From IMG/VR virus record IMGVR_UViG_3300021091_000016: 64,000 nucleotides of DNA; one strand, 5' to 3'. The notes beneath the pieces are model-generated. The model was not told the DNA's origin, made no database searches, and saw nothing but the letters and a program-made list of their open reading frames with translations. The translations under genes were made by a program, and so were the position numbers. How positions within the stretch are numbered: position 1 is the stretch's first letter; every line of letters starts with the position of its first letter. Shown piece after piece: positions 29,701-39,104 of this stretch. This DNA comes from a virus.

Positions 29701-31779
29701 ATCCGAAAGGCTAGTTCTATTAAATGGTATTTTATGTATATCTATATCCTCTCCACCTTTAACTTCCTCTAATAATGCTGATTTTAAAATATCAATAGGT
29801 TGTTTATGCACCGGTATCTTGAGCTTAGTTCCTGAAACCTCTATCTCACCAAAGGTCATTTCAGTACCCATCTTTTGATTTAATACGGCCTTTAATTTAT
29901 TTAAATAATCTGGTTCAGCATCTACATCAATATTATACATTAATTTAATAAAGCTTTTATCAGACTCTTCCAGCGTATCTTGATTTATTAACCTTACTAA
30001 TCTTTCATTTTCAAAAAACTTCTTACTTGTTTCAGATGAATTCACTTCTATTTGCTTTGCTACTGAATCTAGTTCAGCATTCAAAACATTCATATCTTTA
30101 GCTATAGCTGCATTTCTTTCTCCAAAGAAAGGATTGTATTTTTTAAATTCCTCTGAGTCAGGATTAAAATACATTTCCTTTAAAAAGAAAGCTCTTTCCT
30201 TTTTATAATCGCTACCAATATAGTATTTATCTTTATCCTTGAGAACATTTAAAGGCTTGCCTTCATTATCTAATACATCCATAAAGCCATATCGATTAGT
30301 AAACCAATCAGGCATAAAGCCTTTACTTCCAGCAAGTACTCTTTTTTTACCAACATCTGCATAAGATAAAAGTGCTAAACCAATACCAACTCCAATACCA
30401 ATACTTGGGTCAGAGATTCCAGGTAAAAGACCTTCGATACCTCTTCTATAAAAACTCATCCCTGTGCCTAAACCTATATAAGATTTAGCTACATCCAATG
30501 AGGTAGCCATAGTTGCTAATCCAGGCAAAATACCTTCTGAAAAGCCAGGTAATAATTGCGCACCAAAAGCAGCAATTCCAACATGCATAGGTTTAAAAGA
30601 CCTAGTAGATGCTTCAAAAGCAGATTCATATAATTGCTTTACACCGTAAGAAACTCCAGCCGATATTAACAAATGTCCTGGAGTATCAAATTTACGTCTA
30701 TAATGGTCTACGGTATCAACAGCCATATATGCTGCAGCAATACCAGTTGCCTTCGCTCCTAACTGAAAGAATTGTTTGTATAAAGGCCCAGGAGTAGTTC
30801 TTAAATTTAAATGTAATTTATCTGCAATCTTGGCTATATTATCTCCTAATACAGGTACTTGTTCTGCTGTAGCAGATAACAATCTATTAAAGCGATTAAA
30901 GCCAAAATTAAAATAAGATGTTAAATATGCTGTGCGTCTCTGAATATCACCTAAACCCTGCATAGGACCTTCAATTGAAGGGATCAAACCGAATTTAGAT
31001 GAGCTTTCTATAGCACCAGTATATTTATTTGCTTGTGCAAATATTTTATTTAAAGCACCTTCCTTTTCAGGAAGCTGAGATGGAATATCTAAACTCTGTA
31101 AAACACCAACATAAGCAGGATTAATTTTTTGTTTTACATCTGCACCAGTCATAATATCGTAGGTATCTGCAGAGTAGCCTTTATAAAATAAGGCTACTGC
31201 ATCAGAAATCAATTCTCTACTTTTTACAGTGCCATTTTCATCTAATACCTGTAAGAATAAATTACCTCTACCAGCCTTATCTAAATCCTGTTCATACATT
31301 AAATTATAATTATAGTCTAATGCAGGTATAGATGTATGCTTTTGTAATTTAGCATAAGACTCGTCTCCTAATATACTTTTAAGAGCAGTCATAGTTTCTT
31401 TATTATCAAACCAAGACCTTTGGAAAGTATAGGTGCCGACTCTTTTAGACTCCCTGCCTTTTATTACACTATACGATTCCTCTAATCCCATAGCCTTTGG
31501 AGAAAGATATGGAGACATAAATTCTGGAATACGGAATGTATTTAATGCACCAAATGTAAATGGAAGTGTATTTAATGTATTTCTTAATTGCTTTTGAACT
31601 AAGTCAAAATAAGTAAAACCTTCCGGCTTGCCTATCTTTAATTCACTTAGCTTTTTTAGACCATAAGCACCACCAACATAAACAGCATTATTTACAATCA
31701 ATTCAAATAGAATAGAATTCTCTGGTGGGGTATACTCAGAGGAAAAGTAACCTCTACCACGACCTTCAGTAATTTGCAT
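26752..31779 (-). CDS. Tape-measure-position / ejected virion protein (1675 aa) with multiple hydrophobic segments
   Basis: Directly follows the tail chaperone-like genes. Several Gly/Ala hydrophobic stretches (IGIGVGIGLALLS, AGTVFAAGFALHSLLLGGLLG) and an aromatic-rich C-terminal domain (RKGRFWEGGGTPYEG). Confidence 0.5.
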   Translation of the reverse strand: MQITEGRGRGYFSSEYTPPENSILFELIVNNAVYVGGAYGLKKLSELKIGKPEGFTYFDLVQKQLRNTLNTLPFTFGALNTFRIPEFMSPYLSPKAMGLEESYSVIKGRESKRVGTYTFQRSWFDNKETMTALKSILGDESYAKLQKHTSIPALDYNYNLMYEQDLDKAGRGNLFLQVLDENGTVKSRELISDAVALFYKGYSADTYDIMTGADVKQKINPAYVGVLQSLDIPSQLPEKEGALNKIFAQANKYTGAIESSSKFGLIPSIEGPMQGLGDIQRRTAYLTSYFNFGFNRFNRLLSATAEQVPVLGDNIAKIADKLHLNLRTTPGPLYKQFFQLGAKATGIAAAYMAVDTVDHYRRKFDTPGHLLISAGVSYGVKQLYESAFEASTRSFKPMHVGIAAFGAQLLPGFSEGILPGLATMATSLDVAKSYIGLGTGMSFYRRGIEGLLPGISDPSIGIGVGIGLALLSYADVGKKRVLAGSKGFMPDWFTNRYGFMDVLDNEGKPLNVLKDKDKYYIGSDYKKERAFFLKEMYFNPDSEEFKKYNPFFGERNAAIAKDMNVLNAELDSVAKQIEVNSSETSKKFFENERLVRLINQDTLEESDKSFIKLMYNIDVDAEPDYLNKLKAVLNQKMGTEMTFGEIEVSGTKLKIPVHKQPIDILKSALLEEVKGGEDIDIHKIPFNRTSLSDVVYKKETGLFYDISRSSLDDLDNLNFYAMSDDELTGKILAEQSSNKNSHLFFNVLKAKGIDLTEINHLNAQGTIDVLNNLELAKKSQDIQKRIIQYNETIFKTDRFKKYSEALQSKFAKPSDIDLTNKDHQRVLNRLFTFLNQELGEDASYFENRISNLDFENSLDTVVRTRMYDKEKTHNFLNYSLINRIEDIQNKYKNSQNPFAPLFRRIEMFAAESYHAFHGASMSGDAFDRAAREIGYSPWLRRAGTVFAAGFALHSLLLGGLLGSMENPSELRDTYSGKKPVEIRKGRFWEGGGTPYEGTTVNYTRPHAYHLLMTRAEEKSIWGDEDELYNPITKFILKNFTYHLEEKHFYDRPYPITGTAFENVPILGGILSGTIGRLIKPPKLMHADEFMRINDSTGDLEYYYPPEVGTTREAGETAPPGLPISPYSAQMTLGKVQYQIREIEGLTGWVKNMIQKASTGREVYATDYTVMSSANQIDHSVHQFWDKDLGGMMFMSEALRRVFPRPKKEIQQYNPINNTMPSWMPEKFKRGDPYTKIQSGYARLPGAGYEAAYSELKGINPEDYPDIFKFKILSDVDPTSREVVKLRNQLYERRAAGITSDYENEMMDQVSEDLGKVLSMEEFRGHHNQIKIPLASAITRPAYDMFKEGIRTVAQPVEHLIPFGFRPTQKLLGGERSSIDQYEHERLYSTSMAFWDEPYRDWIRPSFYSALNMMGYQGKPGFVQDREQVSSQFDRLNFYKFMALADNAQSPFDRKKMLAQAAKTRYGVNPTGDPLSIYMALPDEEKKFFNEFANAQGAQRDRILEMIPEDQVHLYQGLWSVMDNGGDPSGYIGEKPIYDEAHLQEQYNNLDMSDVSIPEPDWVGWNKDVDINDIKVNYVSSLGSDMRDYDLWESQAKRVRRHNALAESHLFMYENPIMDRGGFTSSMRYANPMVRAIGLNLNVNTTSDYRNYAKIVYNDTRQQEIEALMQDYTNGY

Positions 31780-31781
31780 AA

Positions 31782-32471
31782 TTAAGCCTTTTTATTACGT
31801 GCATCCAACTCTTTTAATATCTTTAATCTTAGCTTTTGTTCCTCCTCTTTTCTAGCCTTTTCTTCCGCCTCCTTTACATTCCAATACCCAACTGCACCCT
31901 TCAAATTATCTATCTCTCCTGAAACGTCCATTTGTGCTTGCGGTTGTTCCTTTACCTCTGGCTCATTAATTTTATCGTAAATTGCTTTTAAATCTAATCT
32001 TTGGAAATTAGGAGTGTTTTTAGTTAATACATTTTCTGCAACTACAAATAACTCTATAAACTGTTTCTTTGTTAAATTCTCTATATCATTTACAGTATAT
32101 GCTTTAAATGCAGTAAATATAACTGCACGCATATGCTCATATATAGAAAGCACGGGATTCTCTTTACGAACCGCAGCTATTTTATACAATATATCAGTTT
32201 GCTCGTGATCTAAACTTAAATAAAAAGCTAAATGACCAATAGTAATCATATGTCCAATAGGTGATTTCTCATTTAAAAAACTAACATCACCTATATATAC
32301 TAAATTGAATATTTGCTCATAAACATAATGTTCATGGTATGATTTAGCCTTTAATAATGTTAAAAAGAATTTACTTTCCTTCAAAGTCAAAGACCTAAAA
32401 ACATACATATTCTTACCAAAATTAATTTCATAATAATCAAAATTAGATTCTAATAGCTTTATTAAATTCAT
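31782..32471 (-). CDS. Tail assembly chaperone-like protein (229 aa)
   Basis: YVFRSLTLKE motif parallels YIYHHLTRKQ in the neighbour; lies between tube genes and the tape-measure-position gene. Confidence 0.5.
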   Translation of the reverse strand: MNLIKLLESNFDYYEINFGKNMYVFRSLTLKESKFFLTLLKAKSYHEHYVYEQIFNLVYIGDVSFLNEKSPIGHMITIGHLAFYLSLDHEQTDILYKIAAVRKENPVLSIYEHMRAVIFTAFKAYTVNDIENLTKKQFIELFVVAENVLTKNTPNFQRLDLKAIYDKINEPEVKEQPQAQMDVSGEIDNLKGAVGYWNVKEAEEKARKEEEQKLRLKILKELDARNKKA

Positions 32472-32472
32472 T

Positions 32473-33468
32473 TTATAGCTGAGTAGTTAATAGCATTGCT
32501 TGTTGTGGAGTTAAAAATCCGCTGTTAAGAAGTATCATCTGGTAAAGAGAATCAATTACGCCAGCCTTACAATTCTCAACCCAGTTAGGATTCAACTTAG
32601 GATATAATACACAACCCATGCAAACCTTTTGCTTTAGCTTCTCCTCTACCTCATCTGTTTGTTCAGGTTCGGTTTTAGCCATAATTTCTTTAATAGTGCG
32701 CCATTGCTTTCTAGTCAAATGATGGTAAATATAAACATCATCCTGACCAAAAGCCATTACATGAACTCCAGTACTTCCAAATTCTTCTTTCCATAGCTTA
32801 ATTTGATTCTCGCTAGGGGCATCTGATTTAGCTTCTAGTAATGAAAAGATTTGAGCCTTCATGGCTAATTCGGGATTGTCATTTCCTGAGCTTCTTAATG
32901 ATTCTAATTCATCATCTAAATTCATGGTGATTTCTTTCTGTTTGATTAGTTTAATAGTTATAGGTTGTTTTTTATTTTCAAAAAACTCATACCAGAAATT
33001 AAAAAACTCTACAGAGACGTCATCCTTGTAAAGCTCTTTTGTTTTTCTGTTTTCTACACTAAGGTATAGTGTAGGGATTTTTTTTATATTGTCAAAGGAA
33101 CAAAGTGTAAAAGTGTCAATAATTGATGAAAAATAAGTGTCATTTTTAACAGTTTTTTTTGTGTCATTTTTGACAGAAATATTTTCACTATTATTGACAT
33201 ATTTTAAGCCTAGTTTTTTAGCTTGTAGTCTGGTTAAAGCTTTTTCCTTAGGTGCTTCCTGAGGAGTCTCTGCTATATTTAACTCTGATTTGATTTTATC
33301 TACAAGCGCTTGATGCTCGGCTTTTGCTTGTTCAAAAGCCTCTTTAGGTATTGCTCTTAAAATACTATCTGCAGTTGGAGAATTACGTCTTAAAGCATTC
33401 AATGCTTTCTCAGATAAAGGGTCTCCAAACAAAACCATCCCCTTATCATCTGCTAAACCCTTTGGCAT
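32473..33468 (-). CDS. Tail assembly chaperone-like protein (331 aa; chaperone domain C-terminal)
   Basis: QIKLWKEEFG...YIYHHLTRKQW...CVLYP...AGVIDSLYQMILLNSGF is typical of myovirus tail chaperones; AGAGGG SD upstream. Confidence 0.6.
   Translation of the reverse strand: MPKGLADDKGMVLFGDPLSEKALNALRRNSPTADSILRAIPKEAFEQAKAEHQALVDKIKSELNIAETPQEAPKEKALTRLQAKKLGLKYVNNSENISVKNDTKKTVKNDTYFSSIIDTFTLCSFDNIKKIPTLYLSVENRKTKELYKDDVSVEFFNFWYEFFENKKQPITIKLIKQKEITMNLDDELESLRSSGNDNPELAMKAQIFSLLEAKSDAPSENQIKLWKEEFGSTGVHVMAFGQDDVYIYHHLTRKQWRTIKEIMAKTEPEQTDEVEEKLKQKVCMGCVLYPKLNPNWVENCKAGVIDSLYQMILLNSGFLTPQQAMLLTTQL
33090..33199. repeat. 24-bp-phased TGTCA-N4-TGACA array (locus 2, intragenic)
   Basis: TGTCA at 33090, 33114, 33138, 33162; right half-sites TAACA 33147, TGACA 33171, TGACA 33195. 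Confidence 0.8.
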
Positions 33469-33477
33469 ATTCCCTCT

Positions 33478-33912
33478 TTACTGATTATTACTATTGCTAT
33501 TTATTATCTCTCTAGCAGCAAATGAATATTCTGTCAATATAACAGTGTCATCTATTTGTATAGTTTGTCCATAGCCTATAATAAAACAAGTTTTTAGTAA
33601 AATTTCTTTGCCGCTTCCAAAATCAATTTTTATATCAAAAAATTGATTTATAGAAGATAAATCCTCTCCTATAAAATAATCTTTTTTGCTTTCTATTTCC
33701 TTTGGATTCTTAAAATTAATAACAAATTTACCCTGTACTAAATGCTTGCCATCTAATACTGCATCAAACTTTCGACTAAAATAAGAATATATTGGTTGCT
33801 TTGAATAAGAGATTTGATAGCTAACGCCTACTGCATCTAGTTCGTGACTTCCAAAATAAAGTTTAATATTAGCGCCACTAAAATATTCGTAACTAAATTC
33901 ACCTGAACTCAT
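33478..33912 (-). CDS. Tail-tube-like protein, paralog 3 (144 aa)
   Basis: YFSGANIKLYF...VSYQISYSKQPIY...GKHLVQG aligns by eye with the tube protein (SFAGVDIKV...VSYAIQREKAPIY...GKRGIAG). Confidence 0.65.
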   Translation of the reverse strand: MSSGEFSYEYFSGANIKLYFGSHELDAVGVSYQISYSKQPIYSYFSRKFDAVLDGKHLVQGKFVINFKNPKEIESKKDYFIGEDLSSINQFFDIKIDFGSGKEILLKTCFIIGYGQTIQIDDTVILTEYSFAAREIINSNSNNQ

Positions 33913-33939
33913 ATTTACTCTCTTTATAAAAATGTATTA

Positions 33940-35079
33940 TCAATTTGATACTAATTCATCTATTCTTCTTTCTAGAAGGGAATTTTCTCCATACAATGAA
34001 TCGTATAATTTTTGATTTGATGCTAAATAACTAAAAAATCTTTGATCTTCAACGTTGCTGCTACCTATATTTCTCGATAAATCTTGTATAGCTTCAATCT
34101 GTGCTGCAACATTTTCATAAAGCTCCATTTTCTTTTTTAAAGAAAAATATTCTTGTTTTTCTTTATCATTCATTGAAGCTGTTTCGTCTAGCATCTCTTG
34201 AGTCACTTCAATTGAAGCTTCTTTAATTTGTTTTATTTCATTTATTTCTTCATTCACTTTTCTTTGAGCTTCTACAAGTTCTGAAATTTGATTCTGAATC
34301 TCAGTACTGGCCTTTTTAGTAGCAGCACTATTTTGAATTAATAAAAGTTTATTATAATTTGCTTGTATACTTTCAGAATATTTTTGAATATTCTTCATTA
34401 AAATTTTAACATTTGCACTTTGTGTTTGACTTAATGTTGCTGTTGTATCAGCAACTTGATTTGAATTAGAAGTAATTCCGCTAGATGATGAATTATTATT
34501 TGTTACCGCACTTACTGATTGAGATTCTGCATTCTTTTTGATTCTTTCAGCTGTTGAAAATTCTGTACAATCTTTAGCCATAAATTGAACTACTACTTCT
34601 GTCATCATATCGTTTATAGATGTCACAATACTTTGAGATATAATTTCAATACCCTGTATTAGTAATTCAGAATGAGTTAGTCCGTTTTGATTATCACTAT
34701 AACCTGTTTTAAACAGGTTATCCTCTGATTGATACGTCAATCTTAAATCAAATGGTTTACTATTAGTAAAAAATTTATTTGAATTTAAAGTATCGCTAGT
34801 AACGCCGATAGATTTATATCGACCTTGATTTATATGTTTTGCAGCGGGATGGTCTCTTAATATAATTAATACCATTGTACCTGCAATAGTTCTTATTGAT
34901 TTAGTAAATCCAACCACATGAGGCCTACCCAATCTTCTTACTGGACTTTTTTGTTCATTTATTTGAAAACTTATAGTAGCCAGAGAATCTAAAAAATACC
35001 CTGTATCACTAGTATTCTCTGTATACACAAAAGCTCTTACATCTGCTCCAGAAAAAGAAAATGGGTAGGAAACGGTCAT
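33940..35079 (-). CDS. Tail-tube-like protein, paralog 2, with C-terminal coiled coil (379 aa)
   Basis: SFSGADVRA...ISFQINEQKSPV...RTIAGTMV matches the tube motif; followed by an S/N/T linker and a Q/E/K heptad-rich tail. Confidence 0.65.
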   Translation of the reverse strand: MTVSYPFSFSGADVRAFVYTENTSDTGYFLDSLATISFQINEQKSPVRRLGRPHVVGFTKSIRTIAGTMVLIILRDHPAAKHINQGRYKSIGVTSDTLNSNKFFTNSKPFDLRLTYQSEDNLFKTGYSDNQNGLTHSELLIQGIEIISQSIVTSINDMMTEVVVQFMAKDCTEFSTAERIKKNAESQSVSAVTNNNSSSSGITSNSNQVADTTATLSQTQSANVKILMKNIQKYSESIQANYNKLLLIQNSAATKKASTEIQNQISELVEAQRKVNEEINEIKQIKEASIEVTQEMLDETASMNDKEKQEYFSLKKKMELYENVAAQIEAIQDLSRNIGSSNVEDQRFFSYLASNQKLYDSLYGENSLLERRIDELVSN

Positions 35080-35091
35080 TTATATTCCTTA

Positions 35092-35817
35092 TTATTGTGC
35101 TGAATTGCCACGTGTGAAATTGCTGGTTTGATCTTGAGCTAAAGCAGTCCAAGGTAAAAGAGTACGACACACATAAGTCATTTGATTTTCAATAACGATA
35201 TCATCAATAGAAAAGCCAGAGCCTTCATTCAAGATTTCGCAACCAAATAATCTCATTTGTGCTGCATTACCATACTCGTTTACTGCATGAATTACAACAT
35301 CAAAAGGTAGGATTTGATCAACATAAAATACCTTAGTCCAACTGTTAAGCCTATTTAAGTCAGCAACATTGGCACCAACAGTTACTTCAGGGGTAATTGC
35401 TCGAGCAATATTACTAATCGGCGATGCATTAAGTGGAGTAGCATTCTGGTTGGCTTCACCTAGCTGTTGTAATATTGCAGAGGTATTATTCACTGAAGCA
35501 TCTTTTAAACCACCGTCAGTAGCAGTAGAAGCAAAGATTTCACCCTTATCTAAATATGCCTTCTCACCTTTAAAAGCATCTGTATTGAGCATATGCTGAT
35601 TTAACATTAAGCTAATCATTGTACCAGCAATACCACGCTTACCACGAGAAAAGCTAATTGGGTCTACGCTACCCATTACATAGATAGGCGCTTTCTCACG
35701 CTGAATAGCATAAGAAACAGCTTGCATGCTACCAGCCACAGAACCATTAATAACAACTTTAATATCTACACCAGCAAAGGAGGTGTAGGTTTTAGCTAAA
35801 TCTAATGAACTTGCCAT
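35092..35817 (-). CDS. Major tail tube protein (241 aa)
   Basis: Directly after the sheath; TYTSFAGVDI...QREKAPIYVMGS...RGKRGIAG...DQILPFD...GCEILNEGSGFSIDD; strong TAGGAG SD. Confidence 0.8.
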   Translation of the reverse strand: MASSLDLAKTYTSFAGVDIKVVINGSVAGSMQAVSYAIQREKAPIYVMGSVDPISFSRGKRGIAGTMISLMLNQHMLNTDAFKGEKAYLDKGEIFASTATDGGLKDASVNNTSAILQQLGEANQNATPLNASPISNIARAITPEVTVGANVADLNRLNSWTKVFYVDQILPFDVVIHAVNEYGNAAQMRLFGCEILNEGSGFSIDDIVIENQMTYVCRTLLPWTALAQDQTSNFTRGNSAQ

Positions 35818-35836
35818 AATTAATTATACTCCTAAA

Positions 35837-38359
35837 TTATTGTGGAGGAAGCACTGTTAAATCGACATTAACAGTTTCTAGAGAGAAAGGAGGAATGAAG
35901 CTTACAGAAACATTCATACGTCCTGCAATTTCATCTAATCTAGAGGCTTGAATTACAGGTGGGTTATAGCCTTGAATATTTCCAAGTCTAACCTCGCCAG
36001 TCATAAACCCTTCAATTCTTTGTGAAAGTGTTGCGCGTGCAAAATCAACTGTTTTACCTAGGAATGGTAATGCAAGCTGTCTTACGTTATTTAGAATTCT
36101 ATTAGCGGCACGAATAGTAGAAACTCTAGTATAATCAGAGCTTGGTAGTGCGGCGGTTCTAAGCAAGCTTAAAGCACCAATTCTATCAAACATACAAACT
36201 CTACCTAAAGCCAAACTATTGAGAATTGATTTAGGAACAATAGCACCACTTACAGTGACACCAGAAATCAAACCATTAACTGGACCAATAGGCTCCTCGT
36301 TAATTGGCAATGATGCTAGCTTACCCATAATTGCAGGAGCAAGATTAACATAAGCATTGAACTTATCAAATAGCTTAATTCTACTTACATTAGTTGTATT
36401 CTTAGCAATGGTACCCCAAGAACCGCAAACTACAACATGCTTACCTAAATCAATTGGCAAACCTTTTTCGTCTGCAGCTTCATCTTGGTCATCGATACCA
36501 TAGGGCTCACCATTAGGTAATAAAGCACCTGTAGTAAGAATGATACCACCAAATGGACGTCCAGCTCTATAGGATGAAGACCCAAACAAAAGCTTGTTAC
36601 TTTGTAGCTTAGTACCATTGGAGCTAACTACTAATTCACCAGAATCACTAACGGTATAGGTTGGACCAGCACCAGCCCATTTAACAATACCATCATTGCT
36701 AGCTTGAGGAGCAGTAGTAGGTACAAATGCTATACATTGAGTTTGTACAGTTGATGCTTTATAGGCTAATTGAGCGGCCTGATGTAAGAAACTAATTTCT
36801 CTTACTTCGTCATTAGAAGCAACTAGTTCTGCAGCTCCAAGATCACTTTCATCCTTCCAATCAAGTAATCTTCTAAGTACAGCTTCAGGAACAACAGCAC
36901 CAGTTAATTCAAAAGGAGTCATCACGAATGGGTCAGAATTGATTTGACTTGGATTTGCTTTTAGATAATCCGAAAGGGTTCTCACTCCACCAACTTCAGA
37001 GACTCTAATTCTTGTTGATGATAATACACCAGCATTAGCAGTAATTACCAAAGTAAAAAATCCTGTATCTACTTCAATACCGGCTGTTAAATGAGCAGCT
37101 GTTTCTGTAACAAGGATCTTAATTAAACCCTTATCAGTTGGGTAAATCTCAACGCTTGCACTACCCCCTTGAACAACTTCAAGCTCTACTAGATTTAGTA
37201 AATCTCCTATAAGCTTTTGTCCTGCAGTTAGCTTAATGCTATAATTAGTTGCAATTGCAATTGGAGCATCTGCAGCTTCATCACCTAAATTTGCAGCCAA
37301 GAATGGATTTTTTCTACCAAACATAAATACATATGGCTTACCCTCATATACATACTTCCACATATATCCTAGACTGTAATTACCATAATCTACTGCTAAA
37401 TCATTAGTTGCAGTGGTAATATCAAATGGATAAACATCAGCACAACAACCATCACAATAAATCATTTCGGAATTTAAATAATCTAAATCCTCATATTTTG
37501 CTTCCATGCTAGCAAATCTTTCTAGGTAAGAAATACTGCTAGCGTCAACTGGACCTGGTTGATGCTTGACAAGACTATATACAGCATTTGAAACAGCAGC
37601 ACTATTATTAGTTGCAACAGCATTAAATGCATGAATGTCGCCAATCAGAATATCACTAAACTTCTTTAAATTTGTAGAAGTAATAGTACCAATAGCATCT
37701 ATTACATCATTTAAAGAATCTGCTGCGCCAACAGCACCCAAAGCATGAGGTGTAAATAATATTTGGCTAATACCTGCATCATTATTAATTTCTACTTCAA
37801 AATCAGAAAGATTTTGAGTCAAAACCATTTCACTATCATATACTACGCTATCAGGAGTACTACCACTGTTGATTTGATAAATAATTACTCTTTGCTTGTA
37901 AATGTTATTCTTTTTTACTGGTAGTAGCGCAAGCTTAAGTACGGAGAAAACGTTTACATCACTTGAATCTAAACGAATTAGACCAGTTCTTTTTGGAGAA
38001 ATTCTAATGATAGTTTCTGTTTCAGTTTTACCTGAAAGTACTTTCTTAATTAAAAGATGCTCTTCCTTGGCCCCAACTCTAACAACCTCAACCTGAGGAG
38101 CACCAGCTTGACCAGGAACTACGGATGTATTTCCAAGACTAAGCTGTGCAGCATTAGCTAGTTCGCTGAACTCACCAAATTCATTCATGATTCTTTGTAA
38201 AGATTCTGCAGTGTAAATACGACCGTTAATACCTTTTTCGGAAGCACCTGCAATTAAAATCTTTGGACCAGCTGGATTATTTGTAGTTTTGCTAAGATTC
38301 CCGTCATTGTATGTACTATTGACGCCTGGAACTCTGCTATAAAAATCTTTGTAAGCCAT
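35837..38359 (-). CDS. Tail sheath protein (840 aa)
   Basis: N-terminal PGV....DG and G.SEKG...FGE..EL; C-terminal SDYTRVSTIR, LPFLGK, GRMNVSVSFIPPFSLETVNVDLTV sheath signature; TAGGAGG SD. Confidence 0.9.
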   Translation of the reverse strand: MAYKDFYSRVPGVNSTYNDGNLSKTTNNPAGPKILIAGASEKGINGRIYTAESLQRIMNEFGEFSELANAAQLSLGNTSVVPGQAGAPQVEVVRVGAKEEHLLIKKVLSGKTETETIIRISPKRTGLIRLDSSDVNVFSVLKLALLPVKKNNIYKQRVIIYQINSGSTPDSVVYDSEMVLTQNLSDFEVEINNDAGISQILFTPHALGAVGAADSLNDVIDAIGTITSTNLKKFSDILIGDIHAFNAVATNNSAAVSNAVYSLVKHQPGPVDASSISYLERFASMEAKYEDLDYLNSEMIYCDGCCADVYPFDITTATNDLAVDYGNYSLGYMWKYVYEGKPYVFMFGRKNPFLAANLGDEAADAPIAIATNYSIKLTAGQKLIGDLLNLVELEVVQGGSASVEIYPTDKGLIKILVTETAAHLTAGIEVDTGFFTLVITANAGVLSSTRIRVSEVGGVRTLSDYLKANPSQINSDPFVMTPFELTGAVVPEAVLRRLLDWKDESDLGAAELVASNDEVREISFLHQAAQLAYKASTVQTQCIAFVPTTAPQASNDGIVKWAGAGPTYTVSDSGELVVSSNGTKLQSNKLLFGSSSYRAGRPFGGIILTTGALLPNGEPYGIDDQDEAADEKGLPIDLGKHVVVCGSWGTIAKNTTNVSRIKLFDKFNAYVNLAPAIMGKLASLPINEEPIGPVNGLISGVTVSGAIVPKSILNSLALGRVCMFDRIGALSLLRTAALPSSDYTRVSTIRAANRILNNVRQLALPFLGKTVDFARATLSQRIEGFMTGEVRLGNIQGYNPPVIQASRLDEIAGRMNVSVSFIPPFSLETVNVDLTVLPPQ

Positions 38360-38372
38360 AATAGCCTCCTAT

Positions 38373-39104
38373 TCATTTTTTAGAAACATTTATAAGTAGT
38401 TCTCTTAAGATTGACTCTGCTTTGATATCAAATTCTCTGAAACGTAAAAAGAATTGTAATGGGCGGTAAAAAATTCTTTGTCCACCTACTGTCATGTAAG
38501 TGTCAGACATTCGGTTCTCCCAGTAAAATCTTTCTGCGCCTTTGATTTTAAATACAAAAGCATTGTTGATTAACAATTTCTCTAACCAAACCACTCTATC
38601 ATTTGCAAGTTTATTGCTTTTAGCCCAGCAAGTAAACTCAACAATATGATCCACTGGTCTAGATTCTACAGTTATTATTTTGTTTGGTTCATATGGTGTC
38701 GAGCCTTGATGAGAAAAGGTTGCTTCTCTAACAGGTCTGCCGGTAGCAGTTCTATTCATCATTGCAGGTTTTCTAGAAACTACCTTAAAGGTAATTACTT
38801 CATCACCATAAGTATCCATCGTTTCCGGAGGATACTCTTCCACTAATTTAACTATCTTAGACTCAATTATTCCACTTCTTTTTTGCGCATCTAGTATTAA
38901 ATTACTAGCTGTAGCAAAAAATTCATTTAATGTTAAAGGTATTGTGTTTGGTAAAAAGTGATTTAAATCAATTTCATAAGGATTAGTTAATTTAACTTGA
39001 GAGCTTAAACTTTCAATTAAATTTTCATTCTCGTCAATAATTCGGCACTCGACGTTATACAATTTTTCTAATACTGATTCATCGTAATTAAAATCTACTT
39101 TCAT
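38373..39104 (-). CDS. Putative tail terminator/completion protein (243 aa)
   Basis: Immediately upstream of the sheath; DHIVEFTCWAKSNKLANDRVVWLE pattern. Confidence 0.55.
   Translation of the reverse strand: MKVDFNYDESVLEKLYNVECRIIDENENLIESLSSQVKLTNPYEIDLNHFLPNTIPLTLNEFFATASNLILDAQKRSGIIESKIVKLVEEYPPETMDTYGDEVITFKVVSRKPAMMNRTATGRPVREATFSHQGSTPYEPNKIITVESRPVDHIVEFTCWAKSNKLANDRVVWLEKLLINNAFVFKIKGAERFYWENRMSDTYMTVGGQRIFYRPLQFFLRFREFDIKAESILRELLINVSKK

Noticed and set aside
32460-32500. Programmed G/GT-type frameshift between the two tail chaperone genes
   Set aside because: No slippery heptamer near the first stop, and the second gene's frame has a TAA six codons upstream of its ATG.
33090-33199. 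Mini-CRISPR interpretation of the 24-bp arrays
   Set aside because: Units are degenerate, spacers only ~10 bp, arrays are in-frame within genes, and no cas genes are present.
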